A DNA stretch of 64,000 nt. Origin: Piedraia hortae CBS 480.64. Taxonomy: Eukaryota. The stretch is taken from NCBI GenBank assembly GCA_010093745.1, contig MU005987.1, positions 124,001 to 188,000 of the forward strand. The letters are read 5' to 3'. The translations under genes and the position numbers were made by a program. Below the pieces are notes generated by a model. It saw nothing but the letters and a program-made list of their open reading frames with translations, was not told the origin of the DNA and ran no database searches. This document shows positions 23,419-33,799 of this stretch, piece after piece (the stretch's first letter is position 1; every line of letters begins with the position of its first letter).

Positions 23419-24972
23419 ATGGACCATGGCTCTGAGATCAGAAGTTTCAACCATGCGCCTCCAGCTGCGCTCCTTCTGTCATCCATACCACTGCTGCTGA
23501 CCTTGGTAGCCACGGCGGCCATTGCACAGCAGCGCATTTTTCCAGTTTTGTCGACCCAAGATCCTTCGGCTTTTCGCCTCCCAGTCTTCCACGATGAAGC
23601 ACCCAAGGCCCCGTGGAGACGACCATCGGCACGCAAACTGGCGAGACTCGTTTTCTCCTCCAGCCTTGGCCTCAGCACCGTTTTGATCGAACTGCTTCTC
23701 TGCGAAATCACAAACACGCTCCACCCAGCTGCGCGAGAGGTTGCTTTACGACTAGTTCTGAAGAGTCTGCTGGTCTTGAGTATTGTACTGACTCCGGCTC
23801 TGGAAATCCATAGTTTTGCCGAGATCGTCTGGGGCATGTCCTCAGACACCAGCACTCAGAGAACCAAAAGGTGGCTGAGACTTGTTTCTGAATCCTCTCT
23901 AGTCGTCGCTTGGCTGCTCGTGTTTTGGTATATTCCCCAGGCGGCCATCTTGCGCCACGTAGTCCGCAACTCTGAGCACGATGAGTATGCCTTCGCAGAG
24001 GCCTGTCTCGAGCGGGTGGGCGTTATTGGAATTTGCCTCATGGCGTGTTTAGCCGGATTCGCCGCCGTTTCGTCCCTGTGGCAAACGTTTGGAGTGCGCC
24101 ATCCACCGGTGCGAGATGAGGATATTGCCCGCAAAGAAGCGGGTCTCAAGGCCACTGACGAGATGCTCAATGTCAAGCAAAGCCGATTGCGTGCGTTGCA
24201 GTCACGTCTTGCTGACCCCAATGCCCCAACTCCCAGTCTTCTGGGCCGCGTAATTGGCTCAGTCAAGGGAGATGCGGCTGAAGTGAAGAGCCTCAAGATG
24301 GAAGTCGAAGGTCTGGAAACCATGAGATACACGCTGACCTCGTCTCTTTCCGCATTGAAAACCCGTCATTCCGAACAACAACGCGCTAAAACAAGCCTGG
24401 GCAAAGCCGTCCAGGTGACAAACTCCCTGTTTGCCGTTTACTGCGCCTACCGCATCTGCGCCACGTCAATATCTGGTATCCGGCGCTGGTTACATCCCTC
24501 TCACACCTACACAAGCAGCACCGACCCCATCAACAATTTCCTCGCCCTTCTCACTACTCACCTCAACTCCAACCTCGACCGTGCGGCGTGGTCCCGTCAA
24601 ATCTCATTCCTCCTCGCCGGCGTCATGCTCTCGGCTTCCTTCAACGCCGTCCTCCAGACTTTCCGTCTCTTTGCCCGGTTCGCTCCCGCCTGGCTCAAAC
24701 GCACCCAATCCTCCAGTCTCTCGCTTGTCATCAGTCAAATTGTCGGCACCTATGTTATCTCCTCGGCCCTCCTACTCCGTAGTAACCTCCCCGCTGACAT
24801 GGGCGGTGCCATCTCCCAAGCCCTTGGCGCTCCGCTTGAGAAGAGGTTTGTGGAAGCTTGGTTCGAGTACTGGTTTCTTGTCGCTGTGGGTTTGACTGCG
24901 GTGGGGATTTGGATAGGAAGGAAATTGAATGGTGATGATGATGATGATGATAATGAGGGGAAGGAAGTGTAA
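23419..24972 (+). CDS. Golgi pH regulator / GPR89 (GPHR, ABA-GPCR domain) membrane protein
   Basis: Multi-TM protein with LIELLLCEI, RVGVIGICLMACLAGFAAVS, DPINNFL and WSRQISFLLAGVML; acidic C-terminal tail. Confidence 0.85.
   Translation: MDHGSEIRSFNHAPPAALLLSSIPLLLTLVATAAIAQQRIFPVLSTQDPSAFRLPVFHDEAPKAPWRRPSARKLARLVFSSSLGLSTVLIELLLCEITNTLHPAAREVALRLVLKSLLVLSIVLTPALEIHSFAEIVWGMSSDTSTQRTKRWLRLVSESSLVVAWLLVFWYIPQAAILRHVVRNSEHDEYAFAEACLERVGVIGICLMACLAGFAAVSSLWQTFGVRHPPVRDEDIARKEAGLKATDEMLNVKQSRLRALQSRLADPNAPTPSLLGRVIGSVKGDAAEVKSLKMEVEGLETMRYTLTSSLSALKTRHSEQQRAKTSLGKAVQVTNSLFAVYCAYRICATSISGIRRWLHPSHTYTSSTDPINNFLALLTTHLNSNLDRAAWSRQISFLLAGVMLSASFNAVLQTFRLFARFAPAWLKRTQSSSLSLVISQIVGTYVISSALLLRSNLPADMGGAISQALGAPLEKRFVEAWFEYWFLVAVGLTAVGIWIGRKLNGDDDDDDNEGKEV
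24934..24951 (+). repeat. (GAT)6 microsatellite encoding the poly-Asp tail of the GPR89-like protein
   Basis: ggtGATGATGATGATGATGATaatgag. Confidence 0.8.
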
Positions 24973-25202
24973 TGTATACTGACATGGGAGCTTTGATGTG
25001 CATGTCTTTTCTTTCTGTGCGAGTCGTCATGAACATGCAGGGCATGGAAATGGACTTGTTTGGGTGCAGTATCTAGATGCTGTTGCCATTTATCAAGGAA
25101 TATTTCATTATTCCCACAAAGTAGTTCATAACAGGCCAGAACAGACTATCTGTCGGCAAATTGGGTGGACACTGGGCAATAAGCTTGGCAGTACAAAATA
25201 GT

Positions 25203-28200
25203 CTACTTCTCACCACCACGTCCACCAACCTTGACCAACGCTTTCATCTGTTCCTCACAAATCCGAACATCCACCGCCTCAAGCTTCTTCTTCTGAGTCG
25301 GAGGATCCATCCAACCCCTTTTAACGAGAAAAGCAAGATACCTACCCACAGCCTCTACCGTGACACCTTGAGGCGTCTCCGCCGTCTTATCCTTGGCTAG
25401 AACGCATTGCGCGTTACGATCATCAAGGTCCGGAGCACGCATAGATCCTGGGAGGTCAGTAGAGGCCATATGGTAAAGCCCCAGGAGGGCAAAATTGTTC
25501 CCCGAATCTTCTGCTTCGACATGCTTGATTAACTTCTCCCTCCAGACTTCATATGGCTCCGAAGGGATGGAGTATCCACATGCGTCTAGTGCGGAGAGGA
25601 ATTTATCGCATGTCAACCTTGGATGGGCTTCGACATGGATAACGCTGCCTTTCGCTCCGTAAAAGGACGTGGCCATCACAAGGTGGGCAACATGCGTCAC
25701 GGGCACCATGTTGATGGTGCTTGAAATAGCAGGTCGAGAGCCGATTTGCACACATCCCTTGAGCATGCGGATGAGGAAATCATCCGTGTTGCTGACGCCT
25801 GTACGTGGGTCACCTAGGATGTATCCCGACCGGATGATCATTGCGCTGAGACCGCGCTGGCATGCTTCGCGGATGATGTGTTCGGATACCCACTTCGTCT
25901 GGCCATAACCAGTGACTAGATCCTGACGACTGCCTTCGAGGTCGTCGCTTTCCAGAACTGGGGATGATTGGGAAAGATAGTGCTCAGAGTCCAAAGCGCT
26001 GGTTGAACTGATGTATACCAGTCGCTTTGGCGAGCCAACAGTGCAGAGGTTGATGCACTGCAACGTTGACAGTACGTTTGCTTTCTTGAGCTGTCCGTAT
26101 GGCTCCAGCCAATGCACCCTGGCTCCGTTGTGGATGATTATATCCACGTTAGAGACCTTGTCCCAATCTGCTTGGCTCAAGCCTAGCCTCTCTTGCTCTA
26201 GGTTACCAGTGACGACCTCGAGCTTGCCATTGGTTACCCATTCGTCGTGCCACAGTCCATACGCTTGGCAGGTCGTCTTGATGCGATCCATGCCCTGCTC
26301 TGGAGATGAAGCCCGGACATGGGCATACACTACATTGGATGGGTCTCGCATTAGAGCGTCATGCATAATGTATGCACCGAGAAATCCAGTTGCACCAGTC
26401 AAAAGGATGCGGCCAGATGTACTGGCTGACGCGGTGGGCACATGTTCTGGGAGCTTCTTGATCTGTTCCGCAAGGTCATGCGAGTACAAAGCGGGCTGTT
26501 GCTCTTCGTCTCCACCAGCTACAGCATCTAAGCGTAGTCCAATGGGGTTGAGAGACCTTTCAATCATCCTGCTGATGCTTCTTAGCGTTGGCTGTCCGCT
26601 TGTCATGGCAGATATTGGGATGTTGGCACCCTCCCAGCGACGATTGATCTTTGGCAGAATCTGTACGCACATGATGCTGTCTCCACCTTGGTCGTAGAAA
26701 GACATGTCGCGCGGAATAGCTTCAGGCTGGGTGCGAAGATACCTTGCCCATAGCTTTGCAACTTCTTTTTCCGTCTCGGTCCAGGATCCATAATCCTCGG
26801 CATGGGACATTGCGCCCAGCAATTCTACTGCACTCGGGAAAGGCAGTGCACGTCGATCGACTTTGCCATTCGGCGTCAACGGCAGTCGCAGCATGGGAAT
26901 GAACATTGTTGGCACCGCATACGCCGGAAGTCGCTTCTTGAGTTTTTCCCGCACATCGTTGGTGAGCAGTTTGAACACTTGCATTCGCTCTGGAATGCCC
27001 GTTTCTTCGCTCACCGATTCCCTCCTGCCGTTGTTGGCGATAGACTGCTGTTGCTTCTCAGCATACCACTCTCTCCAGCGCTGCATCTCTGGCACATAGT
27101 ACGAAACGAGAATCTGCTCCTCTCTATAATCCCTCTTCACGAGAGTCACATTTTCACGGATAAGCGGGTGCTGGCTGAGATGAGTATCAATCTCGCCTAA
27201 TTCGATACGGAAGCCTCGAATCTTGACTTGATCGTCAGCTCGTCCGACGCACTCGACATTGCCGTCTGCCATATACCGCCCAAGATCTCCCGACCGATAC
27301 ATACGGTCTCTGGGACCAAAGTAGAACCCTCGCCATGGCTCCGGTTCCGTAGCCGCTGCAGCCCGCTTCTTGTCCTCTTCCACCCACTTGTTCGGATCCA
27401 CGAACCAGTTCTGCACAAACTTTTCAGCAGACTTCTCTGGGTCGCCCAGGTAGTGCTCTGCAAGACCAGCGGCGCGCACGTAAATCTCTCCAATCTCTCC
27501 GACCTCACACTGCCGGTTCTTATTCTCACGGTCAACAACAAGCAGCTGTACGTTGAGCATTCCCGTGCCCGCTGGAATAACATCGCCCATATTGTCTAGA
27601 TAATGGGGGTCTTCATTGAGCGAGGGGATCTCGTAAAACGAAACAGCCCTCTGGGTTTCGGTTGTGCCGTACATGTTCTTGATCCGACAATTGGGAGCCA
27701 GCTGCTGCAGCCGACGACAATCACGCTTCAGCAAGACATCACCTACAAAGAAGGCTCCATGTAGGGATGTGATCTTTGGCTGTTCCGAGCCAAGCATAAT
27801 CTGGCCCATGGCAGGCGTTAAATGGGTGACTGTGATCTTGTTATCGCTCGCCCACTTCGCCAGTGTGTCAAATGTGATTTGCTCAGCTGGGGGTACAATT
27901 AGGCTGGCCCCGAGGAACAATGGGGTGAAGATGTCTCGTTGGATGGGATCGTGTGCTATGCCACTTAACATGGAAAACCGGTCGTTCTCTGACAGGTTGA
28001 ATCGCTTCGCCATCCATGGAAAATAGTATGCTAGCGAAAAGTGCCTTCCCTTGACACCCTTTGGCCTTCCCTCGGAGCCGGAAGTGAAGGATAGAGTGGG
28101 CGTGCTGTCCGGACCGACTACCACACCGGGCAGGCTTGCCTTTTTAGAGACATCCTCCGCGAAACAATCAGCACCAGACAGTACTCCTTGCAGTGTGCCA

Positions 28201-28694
28201 TCGTCATTGAGTTTGAGTGCGGGTACTTCAGTCTTCAGATTGAGGTTGGTGTTGATATACTCCCATACGGATTGATCCAGAGGTTTGGCATTTGTGGCTT
28301 TTTCAAGGTTGACCAAAGCCCTCGGCTTGGCAACATCAAGGTAAATGATTTGACGATCCGGTGGATACTGAGGATCGATGGCACTGAATGCTGCACCGGC
28401 TTTCAATATTCCCATGACGGCAACAACGAGGTCGACGCCTCTGTGGGCGTATACTACCACCACTTCTCCTCTCTGAACACCATGGCGAACGAGGTGGTGG
28501 GCAAGGATATTGGATGCCTCATTGATGATACGATAGCTAAATACTCGTTCGAGTGAGCTTGACGATGCAGTTTCTACTACGCAGGTGCGCTCGGGAAACT
28601 TGGCCGCATTGGCTGCGAAAATCTCATGGATTGCGCCGATGTAGTCTGACCAATGTAAATTATGGGTTGGGTCTGGCCGAACTGTTTCCGCCAT
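25203..28694 (-). CDS. LYS2: L-2-aminoadipate reductase (A-T-R), 1163 aa
   Basis: PTLSFTSGSEGRPKGVKGRHFSLAYYFPWM, LSGIAHDPIQRDIFTPLFLG, NMYGTTETQRAVS, T domain FYDQGGDSI, reductase LLTGATGFLG and GYGQTKWVSE. Confidence 0.96.
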   Translation of the reverse strand: MAETVRPDPTHNLHWSDYIGAIHEIFAANAAKFPERTCVVETASSSSLERVFSYRIINEASNILAHHLVRHGVQRGEVVVVYAHRGVDLVVAVMGILKAGAAFSAIDPQYPPDRQIIYLDVAKPRALVNLEKATNAKPLDQSVWEYINTNLNLKTEVPALKLNDDGTLQGVLSGADCFAEDVSKKASLPGVVVGPDSTPTLSFTSGSEGRPKGVKGRHFSLAYYFPWMAKRFNLSENDRFSMLSGIAHDPIQRDIFTPLFLGASLIVPPAEQITFDTLAKWASDNKITVTHLTPAMGQIMLGSEQPKITSLHGAFFVGDVLLKRDCRRLQQLAPNCRIKNMYGTTETQRAVSFYEIPSLNEDPHYLDNMGDVIPAGTGMLNVQLLVVDRENKNRQCEVGEIGEIYVRAAGLAEHYLGDPEKSAEKFVQNWFVDPNKWVEEDKKRAAAATEPEPWRGFYFGPRDRMYRSGDLGRYMADGNVECVGRADDQVKIRGFRIELGEIDTHLSQHPLIRENVTLVKRDYREEQILVSYYVPEMQRWREWYAEKQQQSIANNGRRESVSEETGIPERMQVFKLLTNDVREKLKKRLPAYAVPTMFIPMLRLPLTPNGKVDRRALPFPSAVELLGAMSHAEDYGSWTETEKEVAKLWARYLRTQPEAIPRDMSFYDQGGDSIMCVQILPKINRRWEGANIPISAMTSGQPTLRSISRMIERSLNPIGLRLDAVAGGDEEQQPALYSHDLAEQIKKLPEHVPTASASTSGRILLTGATGFLGAYIMHDALMRDPSNVVYAHVRASSPEQGMDRIKTTCQAYGLWHDEWVTNGKLEVVTGNLEQERLGLSQADWDKVSNVDIIIHNGARVHWLEPYGQLKKANVLSTLQCINLCTVGSPKRLVYISSTSALDSEHYLSQSSPVLESDDLEGSRQDLVTGYGQTKWVSEHIIREACQRGLSAMIIRSGYILGDPRTGVSNTDDFLIRMLKGCVQIGSRPAISSTINMVPVTHVAHLVMATSFYGAKGSVIHVEAHPRLTCDKFLSALDACGYSIPSEPYEVWREKLIKHVEAEDSGNNFALLGLYHMASTDLPGSMRAPDLDDRNAQCVLAKDKTAETPQGVTVEAVGRYLAFLVKRGWMDPPTQKKKLEAVDVRICEEQMKALVKVGGRGGEK

Positions 28695-28791
28695 GTTATG
28701 TGTGGTTGTTTTTTACCTAGAAATTTGTTGTGGGCGCTGCATACAGTGCGACAGGGTTTTCACTTTCCGATCAAACAAACACACCGTACGT

Positions 28792-28811
28792 CACGGCACG
28801 GCACGGCACGG
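28792..28811. repeat. (CACGG)4 tandem repeat in the LYS2 upstream region
   Basis: tCACGGCACGGCACGGCACGGtac. Confidence 0.8.
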
Positions 28812-28969
28812 TACATACAAAAGACACATGGCGCGCAACACAGGATGACGGATGGGATGAACTTGTGTTCGGGATTTCCAACCATTCGGTCTTCGGTCTT
28901 CGGAATTCGGGGACAAAACATTCGGATATGGTTGTCTAATCCGAATGGTCGATAGTTCAGATCTACCGA

Positions 28970-29530
28970 ATGTCAATCCACCTCAACCTCCATGCACTAG
29001 ATGACATTGTGGGAAGGTACTTGTCCATTCGTGGGGAGACATTCCTTCCACTCGAGAATTTCCCCTCACGGATAAAAGTCAGGGTGCGTCGACGGTGTCT
29101 TGGGCAACACCATGACCCTGGGACGGCTGCAGGCAACTATTTTGCCGCAGTGCTCGATGTTTTGTGGAAGAATGTCACCCCCACAACGTTCACAAGAACG
29201 CCTGTGGACGAAGTAGCAAATTTCATAGCGTTCTGTCCAGGCCGACCCCCAAAATGAATAGAATCGTGTGCACAACAAGCCTGTCAGCTCGACCACGGAG
29301 CGGTCCATCAGCGAGCGAAGAATACACAACTAAATTGCGGGACCGTGATATCGCCACGACCAAATTATGTCTCCATCATGGACGCACATTGCAAGTTCGA
29401 GTTCTGGGGCATTCAAATCTACGCCGCAATCGACCAGTTCTTCCCACGTGTCATGTGGATATACGTCGGCATCTCCAGTCGCAGCGCTGTACCTGTTTCC
29501 AATCAATACATCTCAATGCTCGCTTCTGAT
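28970..29530 (+). mobile_element. Degenerate DDE integrase-core (IS3EU-like) transposase fragment
   Basis: From 29345: PRPNYVSIMDAHCKFEFWGIQIYAAIDQFFPRVMWIYVGISSRSAV, resembling the PN..W..DGH.KL..WGI.I...ID..SR core of eukaryotic integrase-core transposases. Truncated and frame-broken; no TIRs identified. Confidence 0.55.
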
Positions 29531-30479
29531 GCTCTTCCTGGAAGGGAATTTGCGCGCGGTGGTCCAGGTCGTCCACCAAGTGATGGTCGACTACGTCAAG
29601 TGTGCATTCTGCCACGCTCCGAACCCCACCCCACCATCATCAACCTTTGTAAGGTCATCGTCCGTGTTCCAGCCCTCCAAGCCGGCGGAAGACTCGAGCG
29701 TTGAGGATCTGCGCGTCCAAGTACGATGCCTCCAGATCCCACTGGCGGGTAACGCCCAATTCACCTCGCCACAGGACCACGTGCCCTTTCCTTCACTGGC
29801 GACCACGCAGGATGCGCATCGCCAGCGGGCCTTACTCGTTCGGAATCGGCCACTGGGCCACCCTCGAAATCGTTCCAGATCGAGGTGACGAACTTTGACA
29901 GCCAGTACGTTTACCGCCACCACAAGAGAGACTGGATGTCTACAAAGCCAACAAAGCTGCACACTTGGCACCCAGGTATCGAAGAAGTCAAATTTGAGGG
30001 CAAAATGCCCCAATAGCGGGCGCGAAGACGAGAATACATGATCAACTACCTCATAAGCCTCTGCCCAGTCGAGGCGCTCCAAACCTGATTCAAGGAAGGA
30101 ATGGGGCCAACAAAACTTTTTATGAGATTTGGAGAAGATGGCACTCCGGAAACTGTCGCACTTCCTCCTAGTCCCAAGAACGTAACCAGCATGTTCGTTG
30201 GTTAGAAGCCAAAGGGAAGTAGATACGAGGTTGCGGTTTGCTTCCCAGCTTTGGAGAGCCTTGCTATTGACGATGGAAGTAAGCGGTCTGACCTGTGTTG
30301 GAGGAGGTACGGGGGCTGTTATCTCACGAAAGTCACAAGTACTAGTAATGCAATAGATATTTACTACATAACCCCTTTGTGTGCTTATAATCGATCTCGC
30401 TTTGATGGGTAGCGCTTAGAGATAATAATCGGTGTCTCAAAGCTTGATGAGCGCAACTTGGACGGAGACGTGAAAGACG

Positions 30480-31250
30480 AGGATGGTTTTCCACCGCTGA
30501 TGACTATTGACTTCCCTGGCATTGCCCATGCGAATCCTCAACGATTCCCGGTAGAGATTCTATTCCAGCTGATCTAAGAACAGCTGTGTTGCCGTGAAGG
30601 GGCCATAGTTCGTCTGCTTCAGTCTTTGCTGAATGTACTGGACTTTCGTATCAGGTTTGTCTGGCTTTCCGTTAGCACAGCCAATAACAGCAACATCACT
30701 TACCTTGTAAGTGTTGTCCACGAGAACCATGTTCGGGACTGGAATGGTTGGAAGTGACTTGTATGAAGGCATGATGACTTGAAATTGCGGTGTTAAGTCC
30801 AACAGGTTTTGATGCGGCCATCGCTGCCGCACTCAAACTTGCAATGAATGCTATGGCGCTATTCGTTGCAAAAGCGAAAAATAAGTCCGTTCGTACCATC
30901 TAGTGTACGGACGTATCCTTCACCTCTCCTAATTCCTATACTAATTGAAAGTATCCCCTTGAGGGAGATCTTTAGCCATTTTATGTTTTTGGTCTTGAAT
31001 GATACACTCCTTGCAAGCGGCTGATTCAAACGTGCTTCCTCTTTCCGTGCTGGTACCAGCTGGGCTTCCACGGGTCCTGCTGGTTGACTGTGGCACGGTG
31101 AAGCTCTACATCTATGGCGCACAGTTTGTTTGTCCTGACACATCCGCACCATTCATCAGAGCGCTCCTTCCTGCAACTGTACCATTAAGCACCTCAGACC
31201 GTTTGTTTCTATTCAAGGAAGTAAGGCCCCTCAGCTCAGCCCTCTGAGAA
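30480..31250 (-). mobile_element. Degenerate Mutator-like (MULE) transposase fragments
   Basis: Minus-strand pieces SDGRIKTCW, NMVLVDNTYKV (compare MULE D.TYKTN) and VQYIQQRLKQTNYGPFTATQLFLDQL, broken by stops and frameshifts. Confidence 0.4.
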
Positions 31251-31827
31251 GGAAAGCCCCGATCAAGAGTCCGCCAAGTCTGCGGACGCTCACGACATGT
31301 TTTCCATGTCCTTGTCAACCTCCACGAGTCACTCCGGCAGCATGCGAGTGCTCTATTATATGGCTCGCCTCCACATGCTCTTCGAGAGCTCGCTGTCTGA
31401 TGTATTTTATAATCGCCCCTTCTAGAAGTTACACGTGCCCAACTATGATGCAATGAACGATTCACAAACGGGCGGGATCACTGTATCCTATTCAGTCTGC
31501 TACTCAAACAGGGCTATTCGCATCCGACTTTCCACAGCTGCAAGAGAGCGAGACATTCACTACGAACGAAGAGCAGCGGTCGGCCAATGCTGGCAAGACA
31601 TCAGCAACACGTTCCCGGCCGTGACAGGGACTGACAGGGACTGAACAGCAAACGATGGTGGGTCTGTGGGCTGGCAGGGATCTCAGTGACGCAATTGGCT
31701 GGCCCGGTGGTGAACCCTTCCGTCGGGATATGCCGCGGCCACCGTCTGATTACGGTGGCTGGCCGTTTCATCGCACGAGCAAATCAGACACATGTAAACG
31801 GCGCATTCTTTCCTCTACATCGACATC

Positions 31828-33456
31828 ATGCCTGGCAGCGACCGTCACAGTACGCGCAGCGGCCATTCGCACCGTAGCAGTCACTCGCGCAAGAGCAGCC
31901 ATTCGCACCGTCGCCACCGCTCAGATAAAGACGAAGCGCGGACTCCAGACGTCGAAGAAGTGCGTCGCAAGCGGGCCGCATACTTCGATTCGCCGAGAAA
32001 AGAGCGTGATGAGGGCTCGGTTCGAACAAGATCGACAAAGAGTTCGCGCTCCGACGGCGAGAAGCGCAAACATCACCGAAGGAGCAGCCAAGACAAGGAA
32101 CGTCGGCGCTCGGCAGACTACGTTTACGCCCCGAGGGAGGAGCGCAAGTTAAGCGGGCATCATGCGCGCAGCGTCAGCCTGTCTAACATCACCGAAGCCG
32201 AAGTCACGCCCGACGACAGCATTTCCGTGGTCGCGACACAACGCGCACGCGCTGCGCGGAAGCCGAGGCCCATGCCGCAGAAGCTACAGACGGTGGATGA
32301 AGAGCCCTCTCCTCGAAAACCAGCGAGACCTACCGGTTTCCTGGGGTTCTTTCGCCGCAATCCGCCACCTGAGCGTCCGGTACGCCTCGTGAGCTGCCTG
32401 ACCTGCGGCGGCGACGATATTCCCGCACACAAGTCGGCAAAGCTCGAGTGTGGCCACCGAATGTGCCATCCCTGCCTGAAGCGAATCTTCGAGCTCTCCA
32501 CAAAGGATCCAGCACATATGCCACCACGCTGCTGCGGCGACGCCCACATTCCTTTGAAGCATGTTGACAAACTGTTCGACACCAGGTTCAAGATGCTATG
32601 GAACAGAAAGTACCAGGAGTACCACACAGCGAACCGCGTGTATTGCTGCTCGCCACAGTGTGGGCAGTGGATCAGGCCCGTCCATTACCACCGCGACAGC
32701 CACGGACGCCAATATGCCCGCTGTCCACACTGCAAGACCAAGGTCTGTACCCTGTGCAACTCCAAATTGCATAAGGGCGACTGTCCCAAAGACCCTGAGA
32801 TTGCCGCCCTTATTGCCCAGGCGAAGGAGCAAGGCTGGCAAAGGTGTTTCAATTGCCACTCTATTGTTGAGCTCAAGGAAGGTTGTAACCACATGACGTG
32901 CCGATGCAAAGCAGAGTTTTGTATGCTTTGCGGCACAAAGTGGAAAGGCTGTGACTGTCCCTGGTTCGATTATTCAACACTACCCGCTCCAGAGGGTGGG
33001 TTGCAGGGTCTATATCGCCGCTTCATGCCACAGCAACAGCCACGTGAGACGGTGAGAGTTTTGGACGAGGAGAGGGAGAGGCAAGAGCGTCTGGATGAGG
33101 AGCTTGCTCGACGACTTCAAGCCGCGGCACTGGAGCGAGACGCCGCCTCCCGCGCCAGAGCTCACAGACCAAATTCGTCTCCACGAGCCTCAGCACCTTC
33201 TGTCGCCCCTTCAGTCCGTGCACCGGGCCTGGAGACCTACGGCATCGGCAACGCGGCCCCTCATTTTATGAATGAAAATTTTGTACAGAGACAGGTTGCT
33301 ATGAGCAGCGTGGGCGATGGGAACTTTGGTCGCCGTGGTGAGAGGACAAGCGCGAGAAGGAAGTCGCAGATGCCGAAGCAAAACGGAGGAGATAACGGGC
33401 TTGCTCCAAACTTTTTAGGTGATGAGAGCGTCTTGAATTTTGGCAGGAGAAGATAG
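31828..33456 (+). CDS. RBR (RING1-IBR-RING2) E3 ubiquitin ligase
   Basis: CLTC..LECGHRMCHPCL (RING1), VYCCSPQC..CPHCKTKVCTLC..H (IBR), QRCFNC..EGCNHMTCRCKAEFCMLCG (RING2 with catalytic Cys). Confidence 0.92.
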   Translation: MPGSDRHSTRSGHSHRSSHSRKSSHSHRRHRSDKDEARTPDVEEVRRKRAAYFDSPRKERDEGSVRTRSTKSSRSDGEKRKHHRRSSQDKERRRSADYVYAPREERKLSGHHARSVSLSNITEAEVTPDDSISVVATQRARAARKPRPMPQKLQTVDEEPSPRKPARPTGFLGFFRRNPPPERPVRLVSCLTCGGDDIPAHKSAKLECGHRMCHPCLKRIFELSTKDPAHMPPRCCGDAHIPLKHVDKLFDTRFKMLWNRKYQEYHTANRVYCCSPQCGQWIRPVHYHRDSHGRQYARCPHCKTKVCTLCNSKLHKGDCPKDPEIAALIAQAKEQGWQRCFNCHSIVELKEGCNHMTCRCKAEFCMLCGTKWKGCDCPWFDYSTLPAPEGGLQGLYRRFMPQQQPRETVRVLDEERERQERLDEELARRLQAAALERDAASRARAHRPNSSPRASAPSVAPSVRAPGLETYGIGNAAPHFMNENFVQRQVAMSSVGDGNFGRRGERTSARRKSQMPKQNGGDNGLAPNFLGDESVLNFGRRR

Positions 33457-33799
33457 ATGGAATTCAGCCTGGCAAAGACAGGAAGGTCCAGTTTGGAAGA
33501 GGTTGACAGACCCATCCCAGAAAAGTCTGGAGAGGTTCAACTAGGATTGCATACCGGCCATCGAATTGGATGTCCATGCATTTTGTACAATAGGATGCCG
33601 CCTGTAATGTACCGGTACCAGTCACATTTTGGACGTCCAACGTAGTTTCTGAGACCTCACTCTTTAGTATGACCTGGATAGGTTGCCAGCACCAATGATC
33701 CTGAGTTCGTCTATGCACGGTACGAACTTCGGGCAATACACTGATGATGACTGCTATGACCCGTCAAACCATTAACGCCCACTCGGAGTTGTAAAATGA

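Noticed and set aside
21871..28694. Usp, GPR89 and LYS2 as members of the siderophore cluster
   Set aside because: They are conserved housekeeping genes and I saw no ATCWGATAA boxes in their promoters; adjacency alone is not evidence.
29530..30210. ORFs 29367-29888 (+) and 29591-30082 (-) as real genes
   Set aside because: No recognisable domain; they lie within a decayed transposon island with scattered stops and are probably relic sequence.
31622..31644. Tandem 10-mer TGACAGGGAC upstream of the RBR gene
   Set aside because: Only about 2.3 copies; most simply a local slippage duplication.
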